A DNA stretch of 63,189 nucleotides, filler included, from Guillardia theta CCMP2712 (taxonomy: Eukaryota; Protista; Cryptophyta), in NCBI RefSeq assembly GCF_000315625.1. It is 3 parts of 3 records of this genome, joined end to end, with 100 filler letters (N's around TTAATTAATTAA, not from the genome) between each part and the next. Parts side by side here need not be neighbours in the genome. Positions count along the whole stretch, not along the records: positions 30,385 to 57,138 come from NW_005434492.1; 2 more parts are not named here. One strand, given 5' to 3'. A program made the position numbers and the translations under genes. The notes beneath the pieces were generated by a model. It saw nothing but the letters and a program-made list of their open reading frames with translations. It was not told the origin of the DNA and did not search any database. Below, one piece after another: positions 38,307 to 51,938 of the stretch. The stretch's first letter is position 1. Each line of letters opens with the position of its first letter.

Positions 38307-39383
38307 GGAGGAGGAGGAGTTTAGCGGGGATGAGGGACAGGAGGAGGAGGGTGGGATGAGAGTAGTGAGGACAAGGGAGAGCGATGCAGAGGATGATAGG
38401 GAGGTTGGGAGAGAAAAATAGGAGAACAGGCGAGACAGAGGGGATTGGGCGGGAGAGAAGTTGTCAGAGATTTGTAGAGGAGGGAGCAACAATGAGAGGA
38501 TGATATTGGAGAGTGGTTGAGCTTGGTGCTGGGAAGCAGTGCGATAAGTTGGTTTTGAGGTTGGGGGGGTGATAGGGTTACCCTATAGGGTTGCAAGGAG
38601 TGAGTGGATGAGAGGGATGAAAAGCAGAGAAATGAAACATTTCCTTCAAGACTTATGATGAGATTATTGAACTTCGGAAGTAAGGAGCGGATCTACTGTA
38701 AGTTAGTAGGGAATAGAAGATAGGTTGATTCGCGACTCCTGTTGAACAACAAGAATTCCAATTTCATCTTTTGTGTGGTTCTGGTTGTTTTTTGAAAATT
38801 ACCCTTTTTCTGTAATGGCATGTTGTAAATTTTTGCAATCATCTGAATCTATGTTGAATCAAATACGAGTTGAACTTGTTGGTGTGGCAGGAGATTTTCA
38901 ATAACGACATCTCCTCTCGGCTCAAGTACGCCGCTCTCCATGATTGCGAGACTAAGTATGGTCTGGTCTTCTCAATGCAATACAATCTGACCAGCACATA
39001 GGTGGAAGAGCTGTGGAGGCAAGACCAAGAAGCCGCTTCACTCCATTGACAAGTGACGACATTCTGTTACGTTTTTGCTCACCTGTTGGTTGACATGTGC
39101 TTTCTTCAGATATGGGATCCCGACCGACGGCTCCTAATCTGCTGACTTGACAGGATGTCGTTAGAGTTTCACTTGCGAAGGATTGCGGTGTTCCACCTTC
39201 CAAACCTGTACAAAGGAACAGAGTTGCTGTTACTGTAAATTCAAATTATCTCGTCAAACCAATGAAAGTCAGTGGAAAAATCTTCAGTTTTACTGCTGCA
39301 ATCTTGCAATGGGCTTCTAAAGCGATTGCATGGAAAAGAATGAAGTGGATAAGTCATGGTACAACAACGTTTCTGAACAGGTT

Positions 39384-41665
39384 TCATCTTGAGCCCGCGG
39401 TACTGGGTGGAGGCCCGCCAGCGAGGTAGAAATTCCACACGCAGACAGCAGCGTCATCTCCTACTGACACCTGCGAACATTGTGAGAAAGATGAAAACAT
39501 GAAGGGAAAGAGTGAAGGAAGGGAGGAGAGAGGCAGAGAGAGGAAGGGTGTGGAAGAGAGAAAGCAGTCAGCGGAGGCATGAAGAGCTACCAGCTGTTTC
39601 TCGTCGGGGGACCATGCTAGCTGTGTTATGATTCCCGAGTGTCCCCGGCAGACAGCAACAATCTCCATAGCCTGCCACATCACGTTACTTGCAGTGCAGA
39701 CTACGACTGCAAGCGCAAGCTCACCACGATGTCCCATATACGAACACAAAGGTCTTCGCATCCGACGGCAACAAACTGACCGCTGGAGCTGATGGCAACG
39801 CAACTGAACTTCATCTTCCTCCCGCAGTCAAGGGCCATCACCTGCCTCTTCCTCACCCTCTCCCTCTCCCTCGCACCAGCCACGTACCGGCAACTGAACG
39901 TCACAGTCCCAGCTCAGCACGAAGCCATCAGTCGTGGATGTCAGAAGCTCTTGCTCCGAGTCGACCCGTTGAGCGAGTCCCGTGAAGGCGCCATCGCGAT
40001 GCATCTTGTAGTTGGACCTGCGCGTTGTCTTGAGATCATACGTTACTACCGCCCGATCGATGGAGCAAGAGTGGACTAGATGTGCATGAACGTTGTCCAC
40101 CAACAGCCCAGTGATCGGCTTGTTGTGCTCGGTGTACTGCCCGACGAACTCCAGATTTCTTCGATTCCATACCCGCATGGCCCCGTCCTCTCCGGCTGTG
40201 AAGTAGAACTCCTTGCCAACCGCTATGCACGTCACTTTCCCCCTGTGGCACTTTGGAATCTGTCCTTGCGGCTCACAATTTGTTGCTGTGAATATGCGCA
40301 TGGCTCCATCTTCCCAGCCCGTCAGAATCCGATCGTCCGGCGTCCAGCACAGGCACGTGGCAGCACAGGATCCTCTCGTGAACCCCAGCACTGTGTAGTC
40401 TGACAAGTCGAAAATCCGTAGGATACCATCTTGAGAGACGGTAGCGAAGTGGTCGCTCCTGGTTCCAAACGCTACACCGTTGATGGCAGAAACGTTGCTC
40501 TGCTGCATCAACCGGACGCTCAAGTCGTCGCATCCGATCGAGTACATCTTCGCGGTATCCGTGCCCACGACCAGCTCACCAGAGGCGGCCACCGGGACTA
40601 TAGACGTCACTCGCCCATGAAGCTGGACTTCCCCAACAACCGACCAGTACTGATCGTTCCCTTGCAGCTTCTTAAGCTTGCCATCACCCGATCCAGCGAA
40701 GATGTACTCTCTGCAAGAGCACAGGGAAAGAACTCCATTGGTGGAGATTGGTAACGCCGCTCGGTACACCAGACTGTCGCAATTGAAAACCACCAACTCT
40801 CCCACAGAGGTCCCGGCGATGAGCTCTCCATTAGTGGGTGATAGGGAACAGTCATGGTAAGTGCGAGCAAGTCCAGCAGAGGGAAACTTCAACAGTTCTG
40901 TCTTGAGTCCGTAATGCATCGTGCGGATGTCATACTCGAGATAGTGCGCGTGAACTTTGACGGTATGAAACGTGTAGAGAGAATACTTGGGCGTCTTCAC
41001 CCGGCGAGAATTGTCAGCAACTGTAACTACCCCCCAGCACATTGCAGTTGCTGCTTTGGGGCATTTCACATATTGCGCTACACTTCCATTCTGCGGAAAG
41101 GATCAGCAACACCCAGCAAGCTCGAGCTCAAGTAGAAACACCTGCATGTCCCAGATGGCAAAGTCATTGCCATTCATGTTCCCCTCCCCGATCGCAGCAA
41201 GAAATCGATCGTCGTCAGAAAACTTGAGAGCCGTGACGGTTCCTGTTACCCCTGACAACCGATAGACGGGCTTTCGAGATTCGTACTCCCATACCACAAT
41301 CTGCTCCCCGTCTCTGTGTATGCTCTGTCGCTGCCCCGAAGCAAGCAACTTTCCCTGCGAGCAGGCATCAAGGCAAGGAGCATGCAGAGGGAGGAGATAC
41401 GGTAGCTGAGAATGAGACGCTCGTGATGTCGTTGTCGTGACCCCGCAGGAGATCCTGCTTGTGAGGATCCGTCTGATCTGCCAGCACAACCACATGGCCT
41501 ATTCCATAAAGCATCACATTCGTGTCTTGCGGATTGACGGAGATAGCATGCAGCTCCTGAGACAAGAGGTGAGCGTGGAGGAGCTTCAAACCGATTTCAT
41601 ACCTGTCCAGTGAAGCCTATGATGTGCTCAAGCTCTGCAGCATCAAGCTCCTGACCGTCGTCCAT
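39384..41665 (-). CDS. WD40 protein, CFAP52/WDR16-like (flagellar)
   Basis: ELEHIIGFTG, LRGHDNDITS, LASGQ, LKFSDDDRFLAAIG and many WD repeats. C-terminus GHSGIITQLAWSPDEKQLVSVGDDAAVCVWNFY. Confidence 0.85.
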
Positions 41666-42309
41666 GTCTGGATGATGCAGGGAGAGATTCTGCCGCGACA
41701 GTATCAGCACGTGAAAACTGCCTGAGACATTTGGCGACATCCTTCCTTGCCCTCACAAGATCCCACATCAGCCCTTTATCCATTTCTCTTGAAGACACCT
41801 GAGATCCCTCACTCCCAACTCTTCTCCTGGTCTCCTGACCTCAACTGTTCAAAATTCGAACACAAACCGAACTGCATTCTGTTTCGAGCATCTGTATCCC
41901 CATCCTTCTCCTACTGACTTCTCACCCTCCACATTTTCGTCATGACCCTCGCTCAACGTCTCCTCCTCTCATCTCTCTCATCTCTTCCCTTCCCCGTCAC
42001 TGCATTGCCCGACCGCCCTGCCTCTCCCGCCATTCTGACGCGCTCGTTCCGTTGGTCATGGGATGAGCGGGGATGTGGTCCAGTTTTGCTTCTATCAGGG
42101 CACAAAATGCATGGGGTGTAGGGGCTAGGACGGGAGGAGTGGCAGGATCTGAGCGAGCATGGAAGGGGAAGAAGGCGAGGAAAGATGGAGATAGAGACGA
42201 ACATGATCAGGAGGACGAGGACGAGGAGGACGAGGAGGACGAGGGAAACCTTGAATGAGCTCCTGAGACTTTCATCAGGGGCGTCTTGACCTACAAGTGT
42301 AGAGATCGA

Positions 42310-43699
42310 ATGTGCCAGAGAAGTTTGACGTTCACATTGGCTGTTCTGCTGTTGAATGCTTTAGGCAAAATCGAAGCTTTCGTTCCTTTGCAAGTAACAC
42401 CTAGTCTTGTGTTGATCTCTTGAATGCAAGTTGAGAAGGTTGTTTCAAGGCTTCATCTCACCCTCGCGTATCTCGCCTCGCCATGTCAGCTGATCCACAA
42501 GGTGACCTTACCTCTTCCATCCCCGTGCTCCTCACTCGACAATAGGAAAGCACAAGATTTTGTTTCTACATGGCAAGGGAGAAAACGCAAAGACCTTTCG
42601 GGCGAGGTGAATCCTATGAAAGGGCTGCAAAATCTACCTGACCCTAATTCTCCCCGTGAAGACTACGAAGACTCGAAGACGCACTGGTGGAGAAGAAGGG
42701 AGATGCAGTATCCTTGGAGTTTGTGACGGTAGGTTGGAACCGGCGGCTTCCATGCCTGACAAATGCCGCAGGCTCCTCATCTGATCGGATCTGACGACAA
42801 GTATGCATGGTGTGTGAGACTCAAAGGGCATGTTGGGCATGCACGTAGTGAAGCTGCTGCTGATGGATAGGTGGAACCTTCCACCGAATCAACGATCCTT
42901 CACCGCCAGTGAGTACATCGGGATGGACGAGACGTTCAAGGTCTTGTGCTTGTGGACTAGATGTGTGGGTAACCTTGACAGCAGATGATTGAGAAGACCT
43001 GGATGGAGAAGGGACCGTTCGATGCAGGTTAGACTGGCTGATAGTCCGGTGGAGCAGAAATATCTGATGTGTCCTTGTTGTAGTTGTTGGACATTCGCAA
43101 GGAGCAATCCTGATCACGGTGAAGGCGTGAAGTTGGAGCAGCAGCCCTGATACTTGGCTCAAGGTTCTCCTATCTCGGGCCCTCCTTCGCGACTTTTCCT
43201 TCAAGGTGACGCGCTCTTCTTCCTTTCCCTCTCCCCTCCCTCGAGCTCTTGAGTGCTGAACCCTGTCTTGCGCAGCCTGCCAAGGCGATTCTCTTCGGTG
43301 TGTCTTCTTGCTTGCAGCCATGGCTGCTAACGACTCGCTTGCTAACCTGCCTGCAGGAGCTGCCTGGCCCAACCCGTTCGACGGTGAGCTGAATCAACTT
43401 GCTGCTATGGATTTGGCGACTTCGTCGTACTCTCCTCAGACTCTTCACGTATACGCGTAAGCTCTCCTCGCCTTAGGTTCTCCACCCTCGTGCCAACAAA
43501 TCTCTACAGGATGAACGACAACATCAACCCGCCCGAGATGGCCAAGAGGATTGAGAAGGTCTGCCAAGCTTGTCGAGCTTCCGACTGATTGGTTGCAGCT
43601 CCTCGGACCCAAGGCCTCTCCTGGGAGCACGAGCAGGGTCACGATATCCCCATGGACGACAAGTCCCTCGCCAAGTTCAGCTCGTTCCTCTTCGACTGA
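42310..43699 (+). CDS. FSH1/OVCA2-family serine hydrolase, probably plastid-targeted (absent from ORF track; many micro-exons)
   Basis: Spliced: MCQRSLTFTLAVLLLNALGKIEA-FVPLQ, KILFLHGKGENAKTF, APHLI..YAWWNLP, GPFDAVVGHSQGA (GxSxG at 43089), TLHVY..ND, WEHEQGHDIP; stop 43697-43699. Confidence 0.85.
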
Positions 43700-43879
43700 C
43701 ATGGATCGATTTCAGCTTCCTAGCCGTGTGCTGTAGTTAAGATACATGAGTTCGACATCTACAAGCGTGCGAGATGATGAAATCTTGAGAATGATTGTTT
43801 TCTTACGAGATATCCATCCTCAGGTAGCCTTGTAACAAGTTATCCCTTTACTTGCACGAACCCAACAGACGATCAATGA

Positions 43880-45764
43880 TTACTGTATCAGTTGAAACCC
43901 TATACCATATTTACATGCTTGCTTCTTGTGATCAACCTGAACACGAGAGTGAGGTGGCAACCACTTGTATGCAAGCAGAGATCACCTCGACAGACAAGGA
44001 CATCGAGGACACTTCCGACAACGTTTTTTCAAAGATTGAAGTAACCTGCATGGCGATCACCGTAAGAACATCACGAGATAAGGTCTAGAGAAGAGAAGAC
44101 ACGAGGGTTTGCACTTCTGCTACCTTTCCATCCGTCGTCAAGTTTGTTTTGAAAGATCCCGCCTGCGTGCTATACTCGTAGCCCACAGCGCACTGAAACG
44201 ACTTTTGAGTTGCAAGACAGCAACTCCCCATGTTACTTACAAGCGACTCGGTGGAGGCTACGTCTACAGACATCTCCGTTCCGAACGTAAGATTATCTCG
44301 CACCTACAACAACACTAAGAAAAGCAAGACAATCCAAAAGAATTGGCGGTCAGACGCTTTGAATGCAATACAACACAGACAATCAGCTTTCTTCTCCTTA
44401 CCCTCTGGACATAAGAAGCTTGGAGCTGTCCTGTTGACGTGAGCTTGGAGACAAAGGCAAGCCTGTAACGTGCTCATGAGACAAAGAGGCTGCTGAACGA
44501 GAGAGCTATCCTTTACCTCTCGGTAGAATAACGCAGTCCCGCAGTGATGATGCTGACTGGCGGCTGGTTGAACGGAGGCCGTCCTAGATACTGCGACGAC
44601 ACAGCAGGTGAGACTTCTTGAGGTTGACACAAGAGCAGCAAGCAAGAGACATCACCATGAAATCAAGGCCCAACGACAAGGAGCGTGTGATGCTCTGGAG
44701 ATAAGAAAATCCAAACTGAGCCATGGAACCAATCCTAGAGGTGCATGGTAAAAGAGCAGAACACGACAGAAAACATGCTCCTCACTTGCATTGCGCAAAC
44801 CAATCAGAGCCCTTGTAGTCCGCGGTGATCAAAGCATGGGAATTGTGAGGAGTCGGAACGAGCTGTAAATGTTCGATCAGCTTTGCGGTCAAAAATCGGG
44901 AGGAAGCAAACTAGACCTGAGCTTGCATGTTAAGGGAAAAGTTTGGAGTCAAAGTTCCAATGTATCGTGCAAAAACTTCACCATTCGTAGCTGTCTTACT
45001 CAGTAGCAAGTGCTGAGATAACAACCACGTGAGTCATGCTGTTCAACACCTGATTGGCTCACCTTTCCCTCAGCGAAATTCGCCCCAAAGTGATATGTGC
45101 CATATTGTTCCGCTGAAGGTTGTAGATGCATCGCATGGTCAATCATAAACGAGTTGCTCAGTCCGCGTTGAAAATTAATCATGATCCCCTCATAGGTGTC
45201 AAGATGAAATATCTTATTCGATTCTTGACTAATATCCTCGAATTTCCCCTGAAAGATATCAAGTGAAAAAATTCGAAGATCATGGTACGTGCTGTGCAAT
45301 CAAATGATTTGCTGAGAGCATGTTGTGCAATCAATTGATTTGCTGAGAGCATGATCAAGAATCAAGTGGAAAGCAGGGATAAATGAGCGCAAACGAGGAC
45401 TTGTGGCGAGGTATTACGCCGACTTGGTTTTACATCGAATGGACCCAATGACAGAGAAAGTCTAGAGGGAGCATACAGGTAAACAGCAGATCGATCCGAA
45501 AGTATTGATATGAGAGAGGGACAAACCACTATCTTGTGACTAGTTCTCAGATATCAAGAAGCTAGACAGAGGGGGGAGGGAGTGGTGAAATCAACGAGGA
45601 GGAAGTAAGGTGATGGGTTGTGAAAATAGATAAGAAATGACGCAAGAGAGCAAGAGAGACCATGAAAGAAGATGAGATGATGAGATCACTCAGCATCGAG
45701 TATAGGAATGCATTACGGGGTTCGGTAAGTCGGTCTTCATACGCCAGAAGCTTCTTCTCTCCAT
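43880..45764 (-). CDS. TOM40: Mitochondrial import channel Tom40
   Basis: Spliced LPNP|GKFEDISQES..YEG..FQRGLSNSFMIDH..YHFGANF, DYKGSDW, SYLQSIT..LSLG, VGYEY. C-terminal beta-signal DHKKQACKYGIGFQLIQ*. Confidence 0.9.
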
Positions 45765-46260
45765 CGCCGAGCGTGATTTACTACCCCCACCCGTCTCTTT
45801 CCAGTCATTTTATTAGATCTTGCACGGGTCATGTTCAGCACCACCCTACCTTCGATTTCTCAAGTGCACCTGGACAGTTGTTCATGGGGTGTACTACCTG
45901 ATACCCCTACCCTCTTCTAGACCCGTCAAGGATATAAAATAAAGGGGTCCAAGTCTACACCCCCCCTCCTCCAGGCTGACCCCTTCTAGACACTACCCCC
46001 AATTTGAAGGTAAGACCACCCACGTTGTCGGACCCCAACGATGGTAGGATAGGTAACTCCCTGCAGACTTGTAACCAGCCCGCCTCAGTATTCAGATAAG
46101 GATAATATTTTAGGCAGAAACATTTCAATATGAAGAAACACCTGATGAATAGTTGGTGCCACAACTAAATGCCAGGTCCGACGGTTTCATGGATAACGGT
46201 CAATTAGATCGTTTCAGAAGTAACCGTCTACTCGACCAGGCGGCGCGGCTCTTCGCAGCA

Positions 46261-49052
46261 ATGCGCTTGCTGCAAGCATGCGCGGCGATGGTAAGATGCG
46301 ACAACGAAAGAGCATGCTCCTCAGTTGCTTGATCCTGTCTTCTTCTTGATGACCTCTGCTCCTATGTTGCTTGCTCCTGTCATCTTGTTCTCCTCTCCTC
46401 CTCTCTGCTCCCCTCTGTTCCCCTCGCTTCCGCTCTCCACTATTGCCATGATTCTCTCAAATGTGCCACCTTGATGTAGTATCGAGATCCTTGCCTCTAC
46501 ATTTTGTTATATTCATCAACTCGTTGATGTGATGGTAATCATGCTACCATCTCTTGAAACGTTTGAACAAATGTCTGGTTGTGCTGCTCATCAGTTTCTA
46601 GTGCAGCTGCCTCTTGTAGCATGTTTGATGTGATTGGTGAATGAGCCATTCTTGTGGAGAGGGACGTTGATGATGTGTTCAATACCTCACATTTCTTGCT
46701 GCACACGTTAATACTCTGATGCTGTCATGAAATTGTGGGAATGGAATCATTGATCCCAGGCTGTAGTGGATGATTTGACTGACAATGAATTTCCTAGTTC
46801 GTGGTGGGAACCGTCACATTAATGACGTATCATAGCGTAAGTTCAGACTGCTTCGTGTTGGTCACACCTGACTATTTGCTTCAGGTTACCCGACCAGCCG
46901 CCTTGGAAAGCGACCCTCAGATCTCCTTGGATGACTTGATCAGACAGGCTCCTCCATGGTAACTTCTGCTGTTCCAAGAATCCACTTGGATTGAGCATGA
47001 TGCAGGGCTCCTGCAACTGCGCCAAAGCTTTCTTCTGGCTTCAATGCTTGGATGGATACCCTTCCCTTCGGCGACAACTACCACAAGAAGCTTGCAGAGA
47101 GAAAGGCAAAGCAGGAGTGGATTGAGTCAGAAAGATTGAACAATCCGCACTTCCTCCTCCGCCGTGTCGAAGCAAACAATGAGTATCTCCAGAGCAGGTG
47201 AGCATGATATTGTACAGTCATGCATTCAGATCACTCAAACCTACTTCCCCTTCTTCAGGTTGGAGTTTCTCGACAAGTTGATTGAAGAAAGGAAGTCTCT
47301 GCCCGATTCCATAGCAGTCAACATTGACCACCCCGGTCCTCCTGGAGACATGGGAGCAAAGGGTCCTGTCGGTGATCAGGGTCCAATGGTAGAGCAGCTT
47401 CCAAACTCCGGGCAACAGTTTGACAGGGATGTGATGCAGGGCAAGGAAGGACCCCAAGGTGCCAAAGGAACGCCTGGCATGCCAGGATTGCCTGGTCCCC
47501 AAGGTAAATCTCCTCTGCTGCTTGCATGCTGGCTGAGACATCGCTGACTTGCGTGTCCAGGACCACCTGGCGTACAGGGAGAGCAGGGCCCGATCGGAGA
47601 CGAAGGGATTCAAGGACCAACTGGTGATGCTGAGGATTTGTTTTAGCCTCGTTGCTGATATATGTTCTCCCAGGACCCTCTGGACCACAGGGTCCTGCCG
47701 GACTGCGCGGACCCACTGGCTCCCCTGGGGACTCAGGAGAACCTGTACGAAGAGCTTCTTGCGCTCCCGAAACTTTTCGTAACTGACGTCTGGCTGTTCC
47801 AGGGTCCTCGTGGACTTCCATGGCCGACCGATGGACCTCAGGGCGCCCAGGGCCCGGCTGGAGATCCGGGTATCATGGGCGAGCAAGGTCCAAGAGGACC
47901 CGAAGGGCCGGCTGGAGGTCCGTCTACTGCTCCTCTGAGCATCAGCGAGATCGATGCTATTTCCGGTGCCACCTACAAGACCGGCTACCTTGCCGCGGGT
48001 CAACTGCTTTACTCTGACAACGATGAAATCAAATTCGAGAGCGTACCTGCCGAGATCAGTGGGCAACCTTACATCCTCACTGCAAACGAGGACAAGGGTC
48101 TGTCTGGTACTACGGAACTTGTCTTCCATGTCAACCGTCCTTGTTTTGTTTACGTCCTACGAGACATTCGTGGAACCGCAGCTGGTGGCGGGCAGCCGCC
48201 GTCTTGGCTTGCGAACGGTTTCGTGAAGTTGGACTCTGTGGTCGAAGTCTCGGATTCGGTGAGTAGAAATGGATGTGATTGTCTATCGGGTCTCATTTTG
48301 TCTCATCAGGATATGGGTAGCATGGCAATCTACAAGAGTGGCATGGCGATGAGCGGGAGAATATCTCTCGGAGGAAACGGGGCTCCTCCTTCAGTGGGCT
48401 ATGAGAACAACTACGTGGTTGTCGTCGCTCCCTCCGAAGAGCACGCCACCTCGGGTGTGGGTGTCATCGGCCTGAAGATTCCTGCCGACACTGAAGGCAA
48501 CGAGGCGTATGAGGGCTCGATGGGTTTCAGCTTCACTGTCAACTCACCCATCTACGTGATGGACCTCGGAGTTTTCAACCCTCTCGGGAGCGCGCCGCTG
48601 CCCGGCACTCTCTCCTGCCGCCTCTACAACATGCAGACAGGTGAGCTCATCGCGCAGCAGGCTTTCACGGAGGAGAACCGCGGGGACATGAAAGGTGGAG
48701 CCTTGTACAAGGCTCTGAGGAGCCCGGTGCAGTTGCCAGCAGGTTTCCAGGCAGTCATTGCTGGTAAGACTCTCCTTTCTCTTGTGTTCCTCCGCTGAGC
48801 TCGCGGGCAGCTGATGGCTACGGCTCGGAGATGAAGAACGGTAACTCCGAGGGCGCTGCGCCCTCATGGAGCTTCGACAACGACGGAGGAAAGATCACGT
48901 TCGGCTCGGACGCGCTCTACGGAGAGAAGGGAGAAATGCCGTCGGAAGTAGCAGGTGAGGAGAGGGAGAGGAGGAGAGGAGACGCTCTTTGACCCCCTTT
49001 CGCAGGCTCGCCTGGAAACCGATTCGCTGCCGCAACCTTCCGTTACACCTAG
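46261..49052 (+). CDS. Collagen triple-helix protein with two C-terminal beta-sandwich domains (second DUF4082-like)
   Basis: Gly-X-Y exons 47330-47920, domain LYSDN..VPAEISGQPYILTANEDK..ISLGGN..NYVVVV, then MGFSFTVNSPIYVMDLGVF..SPVQLPAG..NRFAAATFRYT*. 5' exons uncertain. Confidence 0.8.
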
Positions 49053-49142
49053 TTTTGTAATTTCGTAGAGTTTGAATAGTCGCTGATAAGGGGAAGCAAA
49101 GGACGGACGCGGGTGTGGTGAGGCAGACTCGCTCAGAAGGGT

Positions 49143-51938
49143 TCAGAGCAGGGAGGCGCTTCTCTTGATGCTCCACGAGGAGTAGGACACGAGGTCCATG
49201 ATCGCCATCAGGTCCCCGCATGCTTCCAACTCCAGCGCCCTGCTCGCGACCGACTTGTTCATGCTCCCTGCCTCCTGCCCGGGACTCATAATCGTCGCAT
49301 CCACTGTCTCAGCATCTTGCACGCCCTGGCTCGCCTCCTCCTCAGCCTTGGCTGGCATCGTGTCTGCGGACGAGGCGGAAGCGGCTGACTTGGGAGGGGA
49401 GGAGAAGAAAGCCTTGAGCCCTTCCAGCGCCGAGATGTTCTTGTCCGAGCCAGGAGACGTTCCACCTCTCCCTAGCGCCGCACGCATGACGTGTAGTTCG
49501 AGGACGCTGCTGTCGCCTCTCGAGAGCTTCAGCTTGACTTGAGTTCCCTTCCTCCCCTTGATCAAGTTGAGCACGTCGGCAGTCCGCAGCCCCTCCACGA
49601 CCGTCCCATCCACCGCCAGCAGCTGATCTCCGCTCTTGATCCCACTCTCACACGCCGGACCCTCGGGGGCTACGCTATTCACAAAGATCTTCCCCGTCGT
49701 CGCGTCGCGTCCTATCAACATCCCCACACCTGCGAGCGCTCCTGCCTCAACGAGACTCTGGGTCTGGTCCGAGGCGGCAGGAGCAGCAGGAGTCTCGCTC
49801 GCCTCGCCCTCTGCTCGGTGACCTGGAGGGTCAGCCGTCAGCCCTCCTGGCCCTAACAGTCTCCTCCCCCCCCAGCCCTCACAGCGAGTGTTCTGACCTC
49901 TGCTCGTACTCGTCGCTTCCTGCCTGCTCGGCTCGTGGATGCTCTCCCTCAACACCCAGGACGCGAACTCGTTGCTCGGCGGCGCACTCTTGTCCCTCGC
50001 GCCGAAGTGAGGTCGCCGAGGAGTCAGCACGTCAGGTCGGGGCTCTGCTGGGCGGTCATCTAGGTACAAGGAGACAAGCGAAGGCACCTGACGTCTCTTG
50101 TCCTGCCCCACTGCTGCCAGGCGTCGTCCCGAGGTCTCAATCTTCGGTCAGTCGCACGTGAGTGGAGGAACAAGCTCACCTGCTGAGCTGCTGCTCATGT
50201 CGTCCAGTGTTGCCCTCCCGCTCCTGGCTTGAGCTTCTTTGGTGGCTCCCAGGCCTTGCAAGAGGGTCAGCCACGAACAAGGGCAACGAGCGCGTCGCTT
50301 ACCTTGCAAGTGAGGAGATGAATCAACAACTTCTGCTGCAGAAAACGACTGATCAATGAAAGCAGAGTGCTCGTTAGAGGAAACTCTTCGTTGAGAAAAA
50401 CTGCTCGAGTTTGTCATGTTGGATGCCACTTCCTCAGCTTTCATGTCATCGCGATTGACCCTGAAGGGATCGGGCAACTCTCTGAAGCTGCTGATCGAAT
50501 GAACGATAGGGTCGATTGTTGTCACATTTGGAAACGTGTTTGCCTCTGCAGGAGCATAGCTGCTGTAGTTTGACTCTGCAGGAGCATAGCTGCTGTAACT
50601 GTGATGAAACCTCTTTAAGAACTCCAAGTTCTCATTCTTCGCAAGTCCTGACGACTTGGTGCCAGCGACAACATTGGCCGGTGACAAGTCTGAAGGCAAG
50701 TCACGCATCTCACTCCTCGCCCCCGAGCTCTGACTGTCACACATCTCTCCGATCTCCTTCACAGCGTCTTCTTCACTCTTGTCAGATTGGTACAAGTTCT
50801 CGTCCTCACCAGACATCGGTTCCCTGACTTGTACATCCTCAGCATCGTCCATCACAGTAGCTTCCGCCTCGTTGTCTACCATCCCCACATGGCTCTCCCT
50901 GTCCTCCCTCGAGGAGGAGCCTCCTTCCTGGGGCTCAGCCGTCGTGTATCCATGCTCCGACAGGTTGCCGTCCTCGTCGAAGGAGAGCGTGTGAACGGCC
51001 TCAACCACACTGACGGGGCCACCAGCACCCATGGGAGGAAGAGGCCCGATGACCCGCTCGACCTCCGCGATGGTCTTTTTGATGTGATTGATGGCTTGAT
51101 AGTGCTTGTCATGGAAGCTCATCGGCCTCTGCTCCTTCCCTCTGCTCGAATCAGGCGAACGTGTTTGCTCTTCCTGCTTCTCCTCCTGTGTCTCCTCGTG
51201 ATACCACTGCTCTTCATGCCTCTCAAGTCCAGCTGGCGAAGGCTGGCCATGCTCGTGCTTCATTCTCATTTCCTGCTGCTTCATCCACAAGCGCTTGATG
51301 TCCTCCTTCTCCCGTGAGTCGTCGTTGTTCTGCTCCTCCTGCGAGAGTGATTCATCCGCGAGCGGGTCTCTTTCCGACTTCTCCTCGTAGCTGATCTTGA
51401 AGGAGATGATGTTGCTGACGATGTGGCTCTCGTCGTGATGAGGATAATGAGGATGATGATGGGGAGGAAGATGAGGAGGATGAGGAGGATGAGGATTCAT
51501 CGACCTCTGCTTGTGCATTGAGTCACTGGCAGAGATGGGAGGGGGTGGAGGCTCTCGGTCTTCCGGGGTTCGCTTCAGCGCCGCGTTGACTGTTGGCATG
51601 GAGCTGTCCGACCTTCGACGAGGCGTCTGGGCCTGGTTGTTGCTTGCTGCATACCTAGGAGTGAAGAAACCAGCACTAGGTGGAGGAATGAATCTCGGAG
51701 AGAGCGTATAGCTCTGAGGAACAGCATCGTAGATTCCGCGATTGCCGACGAAAGAGGGTTGAGAAGTTTGGTGGGCAAAGACAGCAGGGTTGGAAAATAG
51801 GAAGTAGGAAGGAGAGGGAGCGGAGATCGGAGGAGGGATAGCAGGAGGATGCTGTTGGATGCTGCTGGACATGGAGACGGAGGAGGAGGAGGAGGAGGAG
51901 AGAGATGGCGCCGGGCGGGAGGAGGCATGCGACTGCAT
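49143..51938 (-). CDS. Largely disordered protein with a C-terminal PDZ domain
   Basis: AGVGMLIG..IFVNSVAPEGPACESGIKSGDQLLAVDG..VLNLIKGRKGTQVKLKLSR; ORFs 50148-51938 and 49143-50111. Confidence 0.85.

Noticed and set aside
45294-45353. 31-nt tandem duplication in TOM40 intron 1
   Set aside because: Simple local duplication with no element hallmarks.
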